A stretch of 64,000 nucleotides of DNA, taken from NCBI GenBank assembly GCA_013334245.1, contig JAAXXZ010000002.1, forward strand, positions 21,166 through 85,165. The letters run 5' to 3'. A program made the translations under genes and the position numbers. Each line of letters starts with the position of its first letter. Within the stretch, counting starts at the first letter, position 1. Of the stretch, positions 38,123 through 49,494 are shown in pieces. The notes below the pieces were generated by a model that ran no database searches, was not told where the DNA came from, and saw nothing but the letters and a program-made list of their open reading frames with translations. The stretch is from Candidatus Moraniibacteriota bacterium (GTDB taxonomy: Bacteria > Patescibacteriota > Minisyncoccia > Moranbacterales > UBA1568).

Positions 38123-41100
38123 ATGTTGGAGGGAAAAACAAAACACATTTCAAAAATTGCCTTGTATTCCGGAATTCTCGTGATTCTCGGGATTTTTTCG
38201 TTTTCTCAGGAGGCCTTGGCGGCTACTGGAATCAACAGTCAGATCAATTTTCAGGGCAAAGTGGTCAATACCGACGGCACGAACGTTGCGAACGGGAACT
38301 ACAACATGATATTTCGCGTCTATACGGCCTCATCCGGCGGATCGGCGATCTGGACGGAGACATGGAACTCGGGCACGTCGCAGGTCGGCGTTACGGACGG
38401 CATATTCCAGGTCGCGCTCGGAACGCATACATCGTTTCCCGGGTCTATCGACTTCAACACGGACAACATCTACCTCACGGTCGAGTTTAACGGCAACGGC
38501 GAAATGAGCCCGCGTATCCGATTCACTGCCGTTCCCTATGCCTTCAACGCGGAAAAGGTTTCGGGACTGACCGTGACGGATACGACGGGAACGCTGACCG
38601 TCGCGAACGGGAAAACGGTCTCATTCGCCGACGCGTTCACGACTTCCGGAGCCTATCCCCTTACGCTGACAACGACCGCCTCGACCAGCCTTACGCTTCC
38701 GACGACGGGGACGCTGGCGACGCTCGCCGGATCGGAACAGCTCACGAACAAGACCATCGGCTCCACGGGACTGGTATTTTCCGGGGCAACGACGGATATT
38801 GATGCTGCAACCGGGGAAGGGCTTGCGATTCAGGGTCGCGCCGCGTCCTCGTTTTCGACGACGTCCGGGACATTGACGTTCGAGTCTGCCGGAACAGGAA
38901 CAACGGGTATCGTGCAGGTAGGCTCGGGCGGATCCGGATCTGCGACACCGGACTATTTCGGTCTTGACGTGAAGTCGACGACTGGGGATCCCGCCGCCGG
39001 TTTCGAGGGAGCGATGTACTACAACACGTACGACAATAAATTCCGTTGTTATCAGGGTTCGGCCTGGGCGGATTGTATCGGGAGCGGATCGGGCGGCATG
39101 AGCATCGGTGGCACGATTACGAGCGCTACGCAGGGCTCAATCCTTTTCGCCGGATCGGCTGGTATTCTTGCTCAGGATAACGCGAACTTTTTTTGGGACG
39201 ATGCGAATGATTCCCTTGGCCTTGGCACAGCCACCCCGGCTGCCACCCTCGATGTCATTGGCGACGCTCATTTTGGCGACGTCACGAACTATACGGGTAT
39301 CGATGTTGACGGGGACCTTTCCTTTACCGGTACCGCTGACTATCTGGTCGGCGCTAATGACTATGCCTTTCGATATTCCGGAGACGAGGATTTCGGCATG
39401 TTCTTTAATGGCACCAGTGGGACGGTCGACTTACTCGGAGACGGACAGGCGCTCGCCCACCGGTTCAGTGTTGTTGGCGGCACATCATATATCAGCACGG
39501 CACTCGGCATCGGGACGACAGGACCGGATCATATGCTCGACGTCCTCGACGCGTCCAATCCGCAACTGCGCCTCACACATACCGATGGGACCGTCTATAC
39601 CGACTTCCAGACGACCTCTGCCGGAGACCTCACGATCACGCCGTCGGGCGGAGATATGACACTTGTCGGCAATCTTCTCCCGGGAGGCACTTCCGGCACC
39701 TACAACCTCGGTTCCGATACCGCCCGATGGGGTGACCTCTACCTCGACGGCGACACGATCCATATCGGCGCCTCCACAACTGACGAAGGCACCATCGGTT
39801 ACAATGCCTCGACGAACATTCTCTCTTTCGGCACCGATGCTACGACCAACGGCGACATCGCCTTCTTCACCGACGATCTGTATCTCGACAAGTCGAGCGG
39901 ATATGTGGGGATCAATACCACCGCTCCATCCGACCGTTTTCACCTCAAGGGTGGCACGCTACGTGTGGATGCGCCGTCGAATCCCACACTGACAGGTACC
40001 TACAATACGAGCGGATATGCACAAGGTGTCGCCGTGTCCGGTCGCTATGCCTATGTCGCCGATTCTACCGCAGGCCTCCACATCATCGACATATCCAATC
40101 CCGCAAGCCCGTCCCTTGTCGGTACCTACAATACGAGTGGAACTGCATACAGTGTCGCCGTGTCCGGCCGTTATGCCTATGTTGACGACTCCGCTTCAGG
40201 CCTCCACATCATCGACATATCCAATCCCGCAAGTCCGTCCCTTGTCGGTACCTACGATACGAGCGGATATGCATACAGTGTCGCTGTCTCCGGCCGCTAT
40301 GCCTATGTCGCCGATTCTACCGCAGGCCTCCACATCATCGACATATCCAATCCCGCAAGCCCGTCCCTTGTCGGTACCTACGATACGAGTGGAGACGCAA
40401 TCGGCGTCGCCGTGTCCGGTCGCTATGCCTATGTTGCCGATCATAGCTCAGGCCTCCACATCATCGACATATCCAATCCCGCAAGCCCGTCCCTTGTCGG
40501 TACCTACAATACGAGTGGAACTGCATACAGTGTCGCCGTGTCCGGTCGCTATGCCTATGTTGCCGATGTGGGTTCCGGCCTCCACATCATCGACATATCC
40601 AATCCCGCAAGCCCGTCCCTTGTCGGTACCTACGATACGAGCGGATATGCACAAGGTGTCGCCGTGTCCGGCCGCTATGCCTATGTTTCTGATTCTACCG
40701 CAGGCCTCCAAGTCATCGACATATCCAATCCCGCAAGCCCGTCCCTTGTCGGTACCTATAATACGAGCGGAGAAGCAATCGGCATCGCCGTGTCCGGCCG
40801 CTATGCCTATGTTTCCGATTCTACCGCAGGCCTCCAAGTCATCGACATCGGCGGTACCGATACCCATGCCCTCGTCGCCGGCGAAACCGAGACCGGCTTC
40901 CTCTCCGTCAATGGCAATGCCCAAGTGGCGCAGAACCTCTCGGTGAACGGGGGACTGTCTGTCGGTCCGGGTGGTATTCTCTCGCAGGGAGCGGGATCGG
41001 TGTATGCCAACGGTGCCAATACCGCCTTTACAGTGACACAGTATGGTACTGGCGACATTCTCAATCTTTTCGACGGCGCGACCGAAGTATTGACCGTTCT

Positions 41101-43810
41101 TGACGGTGGCAACGCCGGTATTGGCACTTCCTCCCCCGACCGTCGTCTCGACGTCCTCGACACCTCCAATCCGCAACTGCGCCTCACCTATACCGACGGC
41201 TCGGTCTATACCGACTTCCAGACGACCTCTGGTGGAGACCTCACGATCACGCCGTCGGGTGGGGATACCCGCGTTGCGGGAACCCTGGGCATTCTCGAAG
41301 GTGGCACCACACCTAGCTACTACACGATCTTCCAGGGAGGGGACCAGAGTGCCGACATTACCTATACCCTCCCGACCGGAGCTCCGGCGTCGAACGGGTA
41401 TGTGCTCTCGTCAACGACCGAGGGCGTGATGTCGTGGATTGCGGCGGGATCTGGCAGTACGACGCTTCAAACCGCTTATAATACCACTAGCGGTAACACC
41501 ATAACGACGACGACCGGAAGGAACGTCATCTTCACGTTGGCGGAACTCGCGACAGCGACCTCGTTTACGATCGAGAACCAGGATACGGGCGGTGCGGCGG
41601 CGGAGAAGATTACGAACTCCATCGCGTCCGGCACGCTGACTAACGGACTCCAGTTCGAGCAGACCGGTGCAGGCACGGTTACGAATGCCATAAGCATCCT
41701 GAGAACGGCGGGGACCATCACGAAAGGCATCGACATTTCCGGCACCGTGGGAACGGGCATTTCGATCGGCTCGAGCGTTACGACCGGCATCGCCTTCGCC
41801 GGGACGACGAATACGATCGATATGAACAATGCCTCGAACAGTACGCTTTCCATAACAAACTCGGGGACCGGTGTCGCGTCGGTCTCTGTCGAGGCGGGAG
41901 GTTCCTATACCGGCGCGGGCGCGGTGACGCTCTCATCTGCCGCTGCGACGGGTCTGACGATCGACTCCGGTACGACGGGCAACCTTGATATCGGCACCGG
42001 TGCCAATGCCAAGACCGTTACGATCGGAAACGCCACCGGAGCAACCGCGGTGAACATCAGTTCTGGGACGGCCGGTATCAAACTGCAGGCAGCCGGAACC
42101 GGCACTACCGGAACCGTGCAGATCGGTGAGGGCGGCCTTACGGGGTCGACGACGCCCGATCTCCTGGCTTTCGATACGAAGAGTGACTCGGGAAATCCGG
42201 CCGGAGCGGAAGGAAAGATGTACTATAACCTGTACGATCACAAGTTCCGCTGCTATCAGAACTCAGACTGGACGGATTGCGTGGGTATCACGTCCATCAA
42301 TACCACGTTGCCGGTGTTCCGTGCCGTGGGAACGTCGGCTACTGGAACCGGCGCGGTCAACCCGGGACTGCCTGCCGGGCACGTCGCGAACGATATCTTG
42401 ATCTTGTTCGTGCAGTCCGACAACGAGGCGGTGACGGCACCGGCCGGATATACGCAGATCGGCCCACAGCACGGCAGCGGTACGAACGCGACCGCCCTCG
42501 GGAACCGTTTGGCCATGTTCTGGAAACGTGATTCCGGATCGGAAAGCGCCCCGACCGTCGCGGACTCCGGGGACCACACTTTCGCGGTCATAGCGGCGTT
42601 CAGCGGTTGTCCGACGACGGGCGATCCGTTCAAATATATCGCTGGCGGCGAGAAATCGACGGCGAGCGTGACGGGAACGGCTAGCGGCGGACAGACGACC
42701 ATAGACAATTCGCTCGTCGTCGTGGCATTCGCCAACTCCGTCGACGGGGCGACATCGACGATGTATAGCGGTTGGACGAATGCGAGCCTTTCAAGTGTCA
42801 CGGAAATATTCGATACGGGTGTCGCGGATGGAAACGGCGGCAGTATCGGTATCATGACAGGCGCGAAGGCATCGGCTGGATCGGTCAGTTCGACGACGGT
42901 GACGGAGACCAGTGCCGTAGACGCTTATACGACCATAGCCCTTCTTCCTGCCGATGAAAAACAGATCGGAGCCTCGAACGAGGGTGTCGAGATACAGGAA
43001 TTCACCAATACCAACGCGACCGCGGATACGTGGGTCATGCCGTACGGCGCGCAGTCGGTGGAAATCATTGCAATCGGTGGCGGCGGTGCAGGAGGCCAGG
43101 GTATCGCTGCGACCGCCGCAGGCGGTGGTGGTGGTGGAGGTGGAGCCTATTCTAGAAAAGTTTTCGATGCATACGAATTGCCATCTACTCTGACGGTTAC
43201 CGTCGGCAAAGGCGGTGTCGGCGGCGCGACCAAATCCGCCGCGACGGCGTCGACCGTGACGGGAGGCGGTAGGACGCTTGTCAGCGCGGGATTCGGCGTG
43301 ATCGGAATCGCAGCTTCGTCTGGGAGCGGCGGCGGAGGCGGTGGCGGTGGTTCGGTGGGATCGCTGGCAGTCGCGGCAAACGGAAATCCCGGCGTACAGG
43401 GCCCTGGCGGCGGTGGCGCGGGCGGTGGAACGGGCGCGACGACCGGAGCTGTCGGAGGAAAAGGCTATGAAGGCGGTGGCGGTGGTGGAGGCGGAAAGAA
43501 CGCCGCAGGAACGGGAACCGGTGGGACCTCGGAACACGGTGGTGGTGGTGGAGGAGGGGGAGGTTCCGTGACGAACGGAGCCGTCGGTGGTGTCGGCGGC
43601 GCGGGTCAGGCTGGCGGTAGCAACGCGGGTGGGTCCGCGACGGCAACCGGTATGTTCACGCTGGGAGGGTCCGGGGGAGGAGGAAACTTCAGCACGGGAA
43701 CCGGCGGCAACGGCGCACAGCCGGGCGGTGGTGGCGGTGGAGGAGGTGCCACGACGAACAACGGTGGTAACGGCGCTGCCGGTGCGATCACAATCATCGT
43801 GCATTTCTAG
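38123..43810 (+). CDS. Giant secreted adhesin/fibre-like protein with LVIVD repeats and a Gly-rich C-terminus
   Basis: Signal peptide, INFQGK N-terminal domain, GIGT..P modules, 7 x 42-aa repeats, GGGGAGG-rich end; ATG 38123. Confidence 0.85.
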   Translation: MLEGKTKHISKIALYSGILVILGIFSFSQEALAATGINSQINFQGKVVNTDGTNVANGNYNMIFRVYTASSGGSAIWTETWNSGTSQVGVTDGIFQVALGTHTSFPGSIDFNTDNIYLTVEFNGNGEMSPRIRFTAVPYAFNAEKVSGLTVTDTTGTLTVANGKTVSFADAFTTSGAYPLTLTTTASTSLTLPTTGTLATLAGSEQLTNKTIGSTGLVFSGATTDIDAATGEGLAIQGRAASSFSTTSGTLTFESAGTGTTGIVQVGSGGSGSATPDYFGLDVKSTTGDPAAGFEGAMYYNTYDNKFRCYQGSAWADCIGSGSGGMSIGGTITSATQGSILFAGSAGILAQDNANFFWDDANDSLGLGTATPAATLDVIGDAHFGDVTNYTGIDVDGDLSFTGTADYLVGANDYAFRYSGDEDFGMFFNGTSGTVDLLGDGQALAHRFSVVGGTSYISTALGIGTTGPDHMLDVLDASNPQLRLTHTDGTVYTDFQTTSAGDLTITPSGGDMTLVGNLLPGGTSGTYNLGSDTARWGDLYLDGDTIHIGASTTDEGTIGYNASTNILSFGTDATTNGDIAFFTDDLYLDKSSGYVGINTTAPSDRFHLKGGTLRVDAPSNPTLTGTYNTSGYAQGVAVSGRYAYVADSTAGLHIIDISNPASPSLVGTYNTSGTAYSVAVSGRYAYVDDSASGLHIIDISNPASPSLVGTYDTSGYAYSVAVSGRYAYVADSTAGLHIIDISNPASPSLVGTYDTSGDAIGVAVSGRYAYVADHSSGLHIIDISNPASPSLVGTYNTSGTAYSVAVSGRYAYVADVGSGLHIIDISNPASPSLVGTYDTSGYAQGVAVSGRYAYVSDSTAGLQVIDISNPASPSLVGTYNTSGEAIGIAVSGRYAYVSDSTAGLQVIDIGGTDTHALVAGETETGFLSVNGNAQVAQNLSVNGGLSVGPGGILSQGAGSVYANGANTAFTVTQYGTGDILNLFDGATEVLTVLDGGNAGIGTSSPDRRLDVLDTSNPQLRLTYTDGSVYTDFQTTSGGDLTITPSGGDTRVAGTLGILEGGTTPSYYTIFQGGDQSADITYTLPTGAPASNGYVLSSTTEGVMSWIAAGSGSTTLQTAYNTTSGNTITTTTGRNVIFTLAELATATSFTIENQDTGGAAAEKITNSIASGTLTNGLQFEQTGAGTVTNAISILRTAGTITKGIDISGTVGTGISIGSSVTTGIAFAGTTNTIDMNNASNSTLSITNSGTGVASVSVEAGGSYTGAGAVTLSSAAATGLTIDSGTTGNLDIGTGANAKTVTIGNATGATAVNISSGTAGIKLQAAGTGTTGTVQIGEGGLTGSTTPDLLAFDTKSDSGNPAGAEGKMYYNLYDHKFRCYQNSDWTDCVGITSINTTLPVFRAVGTSATGTGAVNPGLPAGHVANDILILFVQSDNEAVTAPAGYTQIGPQHGSGTNATALGNRLAMFWKRDSGSESAPTVADSGDHTFAVIAAFSGCPTTGDPFKYIAGGEKSTASVTGTASGGQTTIDNSLVVVAFANSVDGATSTMYSGWTNASLSSVTEIFDTGVADGNGGSIGIMTGAKASAGSVSSTTVTETSAVDAYTTIALLPADEKQIGASNEGVEIQEFTNTNATADTWVMPYGAQSVEIIAIGGGGAGGQGIAATAAGGGGGGGGAYSRKVFDAYELPSTLTVTVGKGGVGGATKSAATASTVTGGGRTLVSAGFGVIGIAASSGSGGGGGGGGSVGSLAVAANGNPGVQGPGGGGAGGGTGATTGAVGGKGYEGGGGGGGGKNAAGTGTGGTSEHGGGGGGGGGSVTNGAVGGVGGAGQAGGSNAGGSATATGMFTLGGSGGGGNFSTGTGGNGAQPGGGGGGGGATTNNGGNGAAGAITIIVHF
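39995..40848 (+). repeat. Seven tandem 126-bp coding repeats (LVIVD-type)
   Basis: ggtaccta..atacgag recurs at 126-bp spacing; unit [19 protein letters not shown]...[14 protein letters not shown]; last copy partial. Confidence 0.95.
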
Positions 43811-43841
43811 ACTCAGGTGATTTCGACCAAGAAAGATACAT

Positions 43842-44624
43842 ATGCGGAAAATGCAGTTCATCATCATCGGAATCGTTTTCGTTCTCCCGTTCCGTGCGGA
43901 GGCGGCGTATTTCACTCGGACGGAGGATAACCGGATCGAGGTATCCGGAGACTGTCGTTCGAACGGTGTCGACGTACTTATCCGGCTTTCGGAGGCAAGA
44001 AACGCATCGAAGACCGTCTATACGGCCGGTTCGTCGTGCGCGAACGGAAAATTCTTATTCAGCGACGACCTGACGAAGTGGCATTTTCCGGACGGACGGT
44101 ATGTCGTGACGGTGAATGGCGAAAAGACCGGGAAAGCGGTGGAGAAAAAATCTGATGCCGTCGAAGTCCGTGATGATGCGGAGCCGTCCGAAACAAAACG
44201 ACAGGATGCATCGTCGTCGGATGTCCCAGGTGTTGAGAGAGTCTCGGAACCGAAAGTGAATTTCTTGGAAGCATTCGCGACGCTTCAGCAATCCCTCGCG
44301 GATATGCGTTTGTGGCTTGCCGATTCCGAGTATCCGGAACCGATGAAAGTCGGCTTGGATGCGGCGATTGACGGGGTAGACCTCGCTGCCGGAAAGATCG
44401 CCGACCTTTTGTTCGCATCGGAAAGCGCACACGCTGCCACGACCGATGGAAGCGAGACGACAGGAAAGGTGCAGGCGACGGAAAACGCGACAATATCGCA
44501 GGGCGAGGCTTCCGGCACGGCGGACGCGACGACGACTTCGATACGTGAAGCGTCGGATCTTGCCACAACGTCGATCGATGCGGGAGGATTGCTGACCTCG
44601 GGCGGTCTGAGTGTTTCGCCTTAG
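43842..44624 (+). CDS. Secreted hypothetical protein
   Basis: Signal peptide (AEA), Ig-like N-terminus, Thr/Ala tail. Confidence 0.7.
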   Translation: MRKMQFIIIGIVFVLPFRAEAAYFTRTEDNRIEVSGDCRSNGVDVLIRLSEARNASKTVYTAGSSCANGKFLFSDDLTKWHFPDGRYVVTVNGEKTGKAVEKKSDAVEVRDDAEPSETKRQDASSSDVPGVERVSEPKVNFLEAFATLQQSLADMRLWLADSEYPEPMKVGLDAAIDGVDLAAGKIADLLFASESAHAATTDGSETTGKVQATENATISQGEASGTADATTTSIREASDLATTSIDAGGLLTSGGLSVSP

Positions 44625-44776
44625 GGAACGACGAATGTTCGTCCGGAGAGGTGGAGATGCCGTCTTCCGGGTAATGAACAATCAAAAGGAACGCGCCTTC
44701 CCGGCGCGTATTTTTCTTGCGTGTGATTTTCGTAATGGGTATAATGGTCTCAAAGAGAAATATAAACGGAACACGT

Positions 44777-45742
44777 ATGCCGCAAAAGAAAAAAACGAAT
44801 GCCATATCGGCGGAGGCGCCGCTTGAGTCGGAAACCGAACCGAAGAAAACGCTTGCCACGATGAAGACATTCCAGAAAAATGAATCCGTTCAGGTGGCTC
44901 CCGTCGCAGTGAAGACGAAGCCAGGTATCAAGATCACGAAAGTTTCGGATTCCGGTAAGACGAGCCGGAAAGACAAGACCGGGATGACGATGTGGTTCGT
45001 CGGTGCTGTCCTTCTGTTGGCCGCACTCGGAGCGGCGATCTATTTCTATATCGCGTACCGCCAGGCGATCGAAGCCAGACCGGCGGAAAGCGAGGTCGGA
45101 CAGCTGATCGCCCGCATCTCTCGTTTTATGGAGCTCCCGGCCGGAGAGACGCCCACTTTGGCGACCGTCACCGATAAGGGAAAGTTGTCCGGTCAGGATT
45201 TTTTTGCGATCGCCGAAAACGGGGACAAGGTCCTGATCTACGAAAAGGCGGCGAAGGCGGTATTGTTCCGCCCATCGACCGGCAGGGTCATGAATGTCGC
45301 TCCTATAAATACGTCGGCGGAGACGGAGAAAACGTCGGCCGAACCCGCCACCCAGACGCTAGCCGAGTCTCCCTCGGAGAATGTGACGCCGACGGAGCCG
45401 GCGACGACGGATGGCGCTGCAGCGGCCCAGATTCAATCTGCGCCGGTCGGTAAGGCGAAGGTGGCGCTCTATAACGGCAGTACGACGGTCGGGATAACGA
45501 CGAAGGTGGAAAAGGAGCTTGCAACGGGCTTGGCCGATTCGGTGGAAGTGGTCGCCAAGGACGCCGCTTCCAAGAAAGATTACGAGGGGGTGACGGTCGT
45601 TGATCTTTCGGGGGCGAGGTCGCAGGATGCGTCGTCCATAGCGGGTTTGCTCGGGGGGGCCGTCGCAACCGCTCTTCCAGACAGCGAGGCGACTCCGGAG
45701 GGGGCGGATATCGTCGTCATCATCGGCAACGTGAAAAAGTGA
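44777..45742 (+). CDS. LytR C-terminal domain membrane protein
   Basis: TM, E.PT.ATV.D...L..Q.FF..AENGDKVLIY, C-terminal LYNGS..ADIVVIIG. Confidence 0.8.
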   Translation: MPQKKKTNAISAEAPLESETEPKKTLATMKTFQKNESVQVAPVAVKTKPGIKITKVSDSGKTSRKDKTGMTMWFVGAVLLLAALGAAIYFYIAYRQAIEARPAESEVGQLIARISRFMELPAGETPTLATVTDKGKLSGQDFFAIAENGDKVLIYEKAAKAVLFRPSTGRVMNVAPINTSAETEKTSAEPATQTLAESPSENVTPTEPATTDGAAAAQIQSAPVGKAKVALYNGSTTVGITTKVEKELATGLADSVEVVAKDAASKKDYEGVTVVDLSGARSQDASSIAGLLGGAVATALPDSEATPEGADIVVIIGNVKK

Positions 45743-45822
45743 GGAGACTTTTCTTTCGGACTGAAAATCCCCTGAGAAGGGGATTTTTTTCTTTTTTATC
45801 CGCTTTTCCGTATAATGGAATC

Positions 45823-47268
45823 ATGAAATCAAGGAAGCAAAAAAACAAGTGGAAGAAAGTCGCGGGAATCCATGTCCGTGTGTCCGTTTGGATGTTCGTC
45901 TCGTACCTCGTCCTTTCGGTCGCCTACAGCCCGGAGTTCCTGGTTTCCGATATCCGACATAAATGGAGCGCGCTTGCCGACGACACCATAACGATAACGG
46001 GTCGGGTATTGGGACCGCCGCAGAAGGCAGTCGTGACGGCTGATTCGGTATGTTCGGCCGGAACTCTTTCCGTGAGGCTGGATTGGGCGGATGACGAGAA
46101 CTCCCAGTCGTTCGATGTGCTGCGCGATGGCGCTCCGCTTGTGACGGGGCTCGGGTCCTCTTCATATGTCGATACGACGGTCGTTGTCGGGGAAACGTAC
46201 TCGTATGAGGTCGTTTCAAACGGCCCCATGAGCCCCGGCTCGGCGACATCGGATCCGGTTGCCGCGGTCATGCCGGACGAATGTGTCGTCGTGTTCGTGC
46301 CTTCCGTCGAGATAGTTTCTTTCCAAGGAAAGGCGATTTCCGATTACGTTGGCATCCCGAAGACGGACGCGAGGAAACCGACTATAACCGGGACGACGAA
46401 TATCCCGTCCGCACAGGTCGATTTCCTCATAAACGATTCTGTGGTCGTATCGTCGCGCGTATTCGCGAATACGAACGGCTACTGGAGCTTCAGGGTTCCG
46501 ACGAACCTGTCGTATGGGACGCATACAATATTCGTGACGGCTTCGGATCCCGCCAATCCCTCTGTTACCGTTTCAAAAAGTCTTACGTTCCGTATCGTGA
46601 AGAATAAGAGCGACGGCGATGACGATACGAAGACCGAGCCGGCGTTGCCGAGTACTCCCAAGCCGTCCGTTCCGGGTACCGCGCCCACCCTTTCTCTGGA
46701 ACGACCGGCCACGACGTCCCCGGAATCGGTTCCGCTCGATTATACCCTCCGTCCGCTTTCGGAAGAGGTTTATCAGGGTCGCGACGTGTCTTTCGAAGTA
46801 CGGATTATCCGACTTGATCCCGCATACGCCGGCACGTCGGCGGTGGCGAAATATTCGTTGATCGACCATGAGGGCAGAGTGGTCGCTACGTCCGTCGGTA
46901 ACGTCGCGCTACGGTCAGGCGAATCGGTTTTCGATCGGATATATCTTCCACCATACGTGAGCGGGGGGCAGTACCGGCTGCGCGCCGAACTTTTCTTTGG
47001 CAAGTATGCGGTAAGCCGGGAAGCTCCCGTGACCGTTCTGCCGTTGCCGATATTGTCCTTCGGCGGGGGACTTATGCTAACGTATCCGGATTTGCTGAGC
47101 CGTATCGGCACGATATCCATGCTCCTCCTCCTGCTCCTCCTCTTATGGCTGTCACTGTTCTTGCGTGAGTATCTCCTCTATTCCGAATCGATCCGTCACA
47201 TCACTGAGCGGAATCTGATCGGTGCCGGCTTTTTCGGCCGGAAAAAAAGGAAGGGGGTGTCAGGCTGA
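45823..47268 (+). CDS. Ig-like/FN3 surface protein with C-terminal TM
   Basis: YVDTTV..GETYSY.V, KPTITGTT, G.WSF..L..GTHTI. Confidence 0.75.
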   Translation: MKSRKQKNKWKKVAGIHVRVSVWMFVSYLVLSVAYSPEFLVSDIRHKWSALADDTITITGRVLGPPQKAVVTADSVCSAGTLSVRLDWADDENSQSFDVLRDGAPLVTGLGSSSYVDTTVVVGETYSYEVVSNGPMSPGSATSDPVAAVMPDECVVVFVPSVEIVSFQGKAISDYVGIPKTDARKPTITGTTNIPSAQVDFLINDSVVVSSRVFANTNGYWSFRVPTNLSYGTHTIFVTASDPANPSVTVSKSLTFRIVKNKSDGDDDTKTEPALPSTPKPSVPGTAPTLSLERPATTSPESVPLDYTLRPLSEEVYQGRDVSFEVRIIRLDPAYAGTSAVAKYSLIDHEGRVVATSVGNVALRSGESVFDRIYLPPYVSGGQYRLRAELFFGKYAVSREAPVTVLPLPILSFGGGLMLTYPDLLSRIGTISMLLLLLLLLWLSLFLREYLLYSESIRHITERNLIGAGFFGRKKRKGVSG

Positions 47269-47269
47269 T

Positions 47270-47587
47270 ATGGAAACGCTTTCATTGATCGTCGACTCGA
47301 TTCTCTTCGTCTCACTCCTACTTTCCATCGTTTTCACCGCCGGAGTGGTGTGGCGAGTCGAAATGAGGCTCGATGTCTCATATAAGTTCTATCTCGCGGC
47401 CATCGTCTGTTTTCTCCTGGCGGAAATTTTCGATCTCTGGTATGTTCCGGAGACCAGGGAGATAGCGATCTTAGCCTCTCATGCGCTCCGAACGCTCTTT
47501 TCGGTCCTGTTCCTGGCCGGCATCCTGTCCATGCGGCGCATCGTGCGCGATATGGACGGGGAACGCCGAAAGAAGGGACGAAAATAA
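47270..47587 (+). CDS. Small 3-TM membrane protein
   Basis: Hydrophobic segments; ATG 47270. Confidence 0.65.
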   Translation: METLSLIVDSILFVSLLLSIVFTAGVVWRVEMRLDVSYKFYLAAIVCFLLAEIFDLWYVPETREIAILASHALRTLFSVLFLAGILSMRRIVRDMDGERRKKGRK

Positions 47588-47614
47588 GGGAATAACCGGT
47601 AATGCCCAGAGACA

Positions 47615-49405
47615 ATGGATTCCATCGTTCCAGAAATCAAGTCGAAACTCAATATCGTGGACGTGGTCGGATCGTATCTCCGGCTTACGAAGGCCGGTGC
47701 CTACTGGAAAGCCTGCTGCCCGTTCCACAATGAAAAGACGCCGTCCTTCACCGTGAACGAGGAACGGCAGGCTTTTCATTGCTTCGGATGCGGGAAAGGC
47801 GGGGACATATTCTCGTTTGTCGAGGAAATCGAGGGTATCGAATTCCGAGAAGCGCTTAAACTTTTGGCGGAACGTGCCGGAGTCGAGATTCCGGCATATC
47901 GGAAATCGTCGGTATTTTCGAAAGATGGCGTCGAGAAACCGGATCGGACAAGGGAAATTCTCGAACTTTCGACAAAGTTTTTTGAAAAACAGCTCTGGGA
48001 AGGCGAGGGCGCGAAGACGGCGCTTCCATACCTGCGAAAGCGTGGGCTCTCGGATGAAAGCATAAAGACTTTCCGGGTTGGCTATTCGCTTTCGGGGTGG
48101 CGGCATCTGCACGATTTTCTGGCCTCCAGGGGGTATAGACCGGAAGAGCTCGAACGTGCCGGGCTCGTCATCGCAAAGGACGGTCGGACGGGATACTATG
48201 ACCGTTTCCGCGACCGGATCATGTTCCCGATATCCGACGTGGTCGGACGTGTCATCGGATATTCCGCACGCGTAGCCCCGGGAGGGGACGAGAGCCAGGC
48301 AAAATATATCAATACGCCGGAAACGCCCGTCTATCACAAGGGACGTGTCCTGTATGGCCTGTATCAGGCGAAGCAGGCGATCAAGGCGGAAGGGGTATCG
48401 GTGCTGGTCGAGGGACAGATGGACGTGATCGCCTGTCATCAGGCCGGCATAAAAAACGCTATCGCGGCATCGGGTACCGCGCTTACCGGCGAACAGCTGG
48501 ATATTCTCAAGCGATACGGAAGGGAAATACGTTTGTTCTTCGATATGGATGGAGCCGGACAGGCCGCCGCCTGGAAGAGCGCGCTTCTTTCTTTGGGAAA
48601 GGAAATGTCCGTGTCCGTCGTACTATTGCCAGAGGGGAAGGATGCGGCCGATGCGGCGCTTGAAGATCCTGAGGCGCTGCGACAGGCGGTGATCCGATCC
48701 ACTCCCGCGGCGAAATATTTTCTGGACCGGGCGGTCTCGGCGAACGACGTCAGGATTCCGGACGGAAAGCGTTCCGTGGCGGAGGGATACGCCCCGCTTC
48801 TGGCAGCGATGACGAATCGGATAGACCGCGATTTTTGGCAGCGTGAGCTTGCGGACGCGATCGGGGTCGAGGAGCGTTCACTCCTCGCGACGTTACGGGC
48901 CGCCGAGGTGGCTCCGCGCGAGTCTGCTCCCGAAATACCCAAGACGAAGTCGTCCGGGGAGCGTGGAGACGTGTTTCTGACCCGTTCAGACGTTTTATGT
49001 GACCGGATTCTCGGGCTTATGCTGCTTGAGCCGGTGTTCCGCAAGGATTCGCGCATTTCGGGAAGGGTCGAAGAGGCTCTTTCCAGTGACCCGCTCTTTC
49101 TGTTGATCCGTTCGGCGTCACCGGATGACCTGTTTCCGGTTTCGGAAGACGAAGCGGTGAAACGTCGCCTGGCCAGGTTGTTGTTCGATGCCGAGGAACT
49201 TCTTGCCGGGGAGCGGGGAGAGGATGAACAGGACAAGCGAAAAGAAGTCGTCTTTTCCGAACTGCTTGGTCAGCTCTCTGAGGAATTCCGCAAGGAAGAA
49301 TTGCAGCGTATCGTAAAGGCTATCGGGGCCGCTCGTGTGGACGGTGACCGCGCGCTTGAAAAAAAGCTTCTCGAACGCTTCGCGGAACTTTCGCGGGAAA
49401 ATTGA
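47615..49405 (+). CDS. dnaG: DNA primase
   Basis: CPFHNEKTPSF..CFGC, DRFRDRIMFP, KYINTPET, VEGQMD, FDMDGAG. Confidence 0.97.
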   Translation: MDSIVPEIKSKLNIVDVVGSYLRLTKAGAYWKACCPFHNEKTPSFTVNEERQAFHCFGCGKGGDIFSFVEEIEGIEFREALKLLAERAGVEIPAYRKSSVFSKDGVEKPDRTREILELSTKFFEKQLWEGEGAKTALPYLRKRGLSDESIKTFRVGYSLSGWRHLHDFLASRGYRPEELERAGLVIAKDGRTGYYDRFRDRIMFPISDVVGRVIGYSARVAPGGDESQAKYINTPETPVYHKGRVLYGLYQAKQAIKAEGVSVLVEGQMDVIACHQAGIKNAIAASGTALTGEQLDILKRYGREIRLFFDMDGAGQAAAWKSALLSLGKEMSVSVVLLPEGKDAADAALEDPEALRQAVIRSTPAAKYFLDRAVSANDVRIPDGKRSVAEGYAPLLAAMTNRIDRDFWQRELADAIGVEERSLLATLRAAEVAPRESAPEIPKTKSSGERGDVFLTRSDVLCDRILGLMLLEPVFRKDSRISGRVEEALSSDPLFLLIRSASPDDLFPVSEDEAVKRRLARLLFDAEELLAGERGEDEQDKRKEVVFSELLGQLSEEFRKEELQRIVKAIGAARVDGDRALEKKLLERFAELSREN

Positions 49406-49494
49406 CTTTTCGCCTGAATAAAGCTATTTTATGATTACTGTCGCTTCGGCGACCCTTCGTGTTTCCTTTCGTTTTTGAATACTATCAAAACCGT

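Noticed and set aside
39995-40848. CRISPR array
   Set aside because: Units are contiguous 126-bp in-frame coding repeats with no unique spacers, and no cas genes are present
39536-41259. Diversity-generating retroelement template/variable repeat pair
   Set aside because: Differences are not adenine-specific, both copies are in one reading frame, and no reverse transcriptase is in the window
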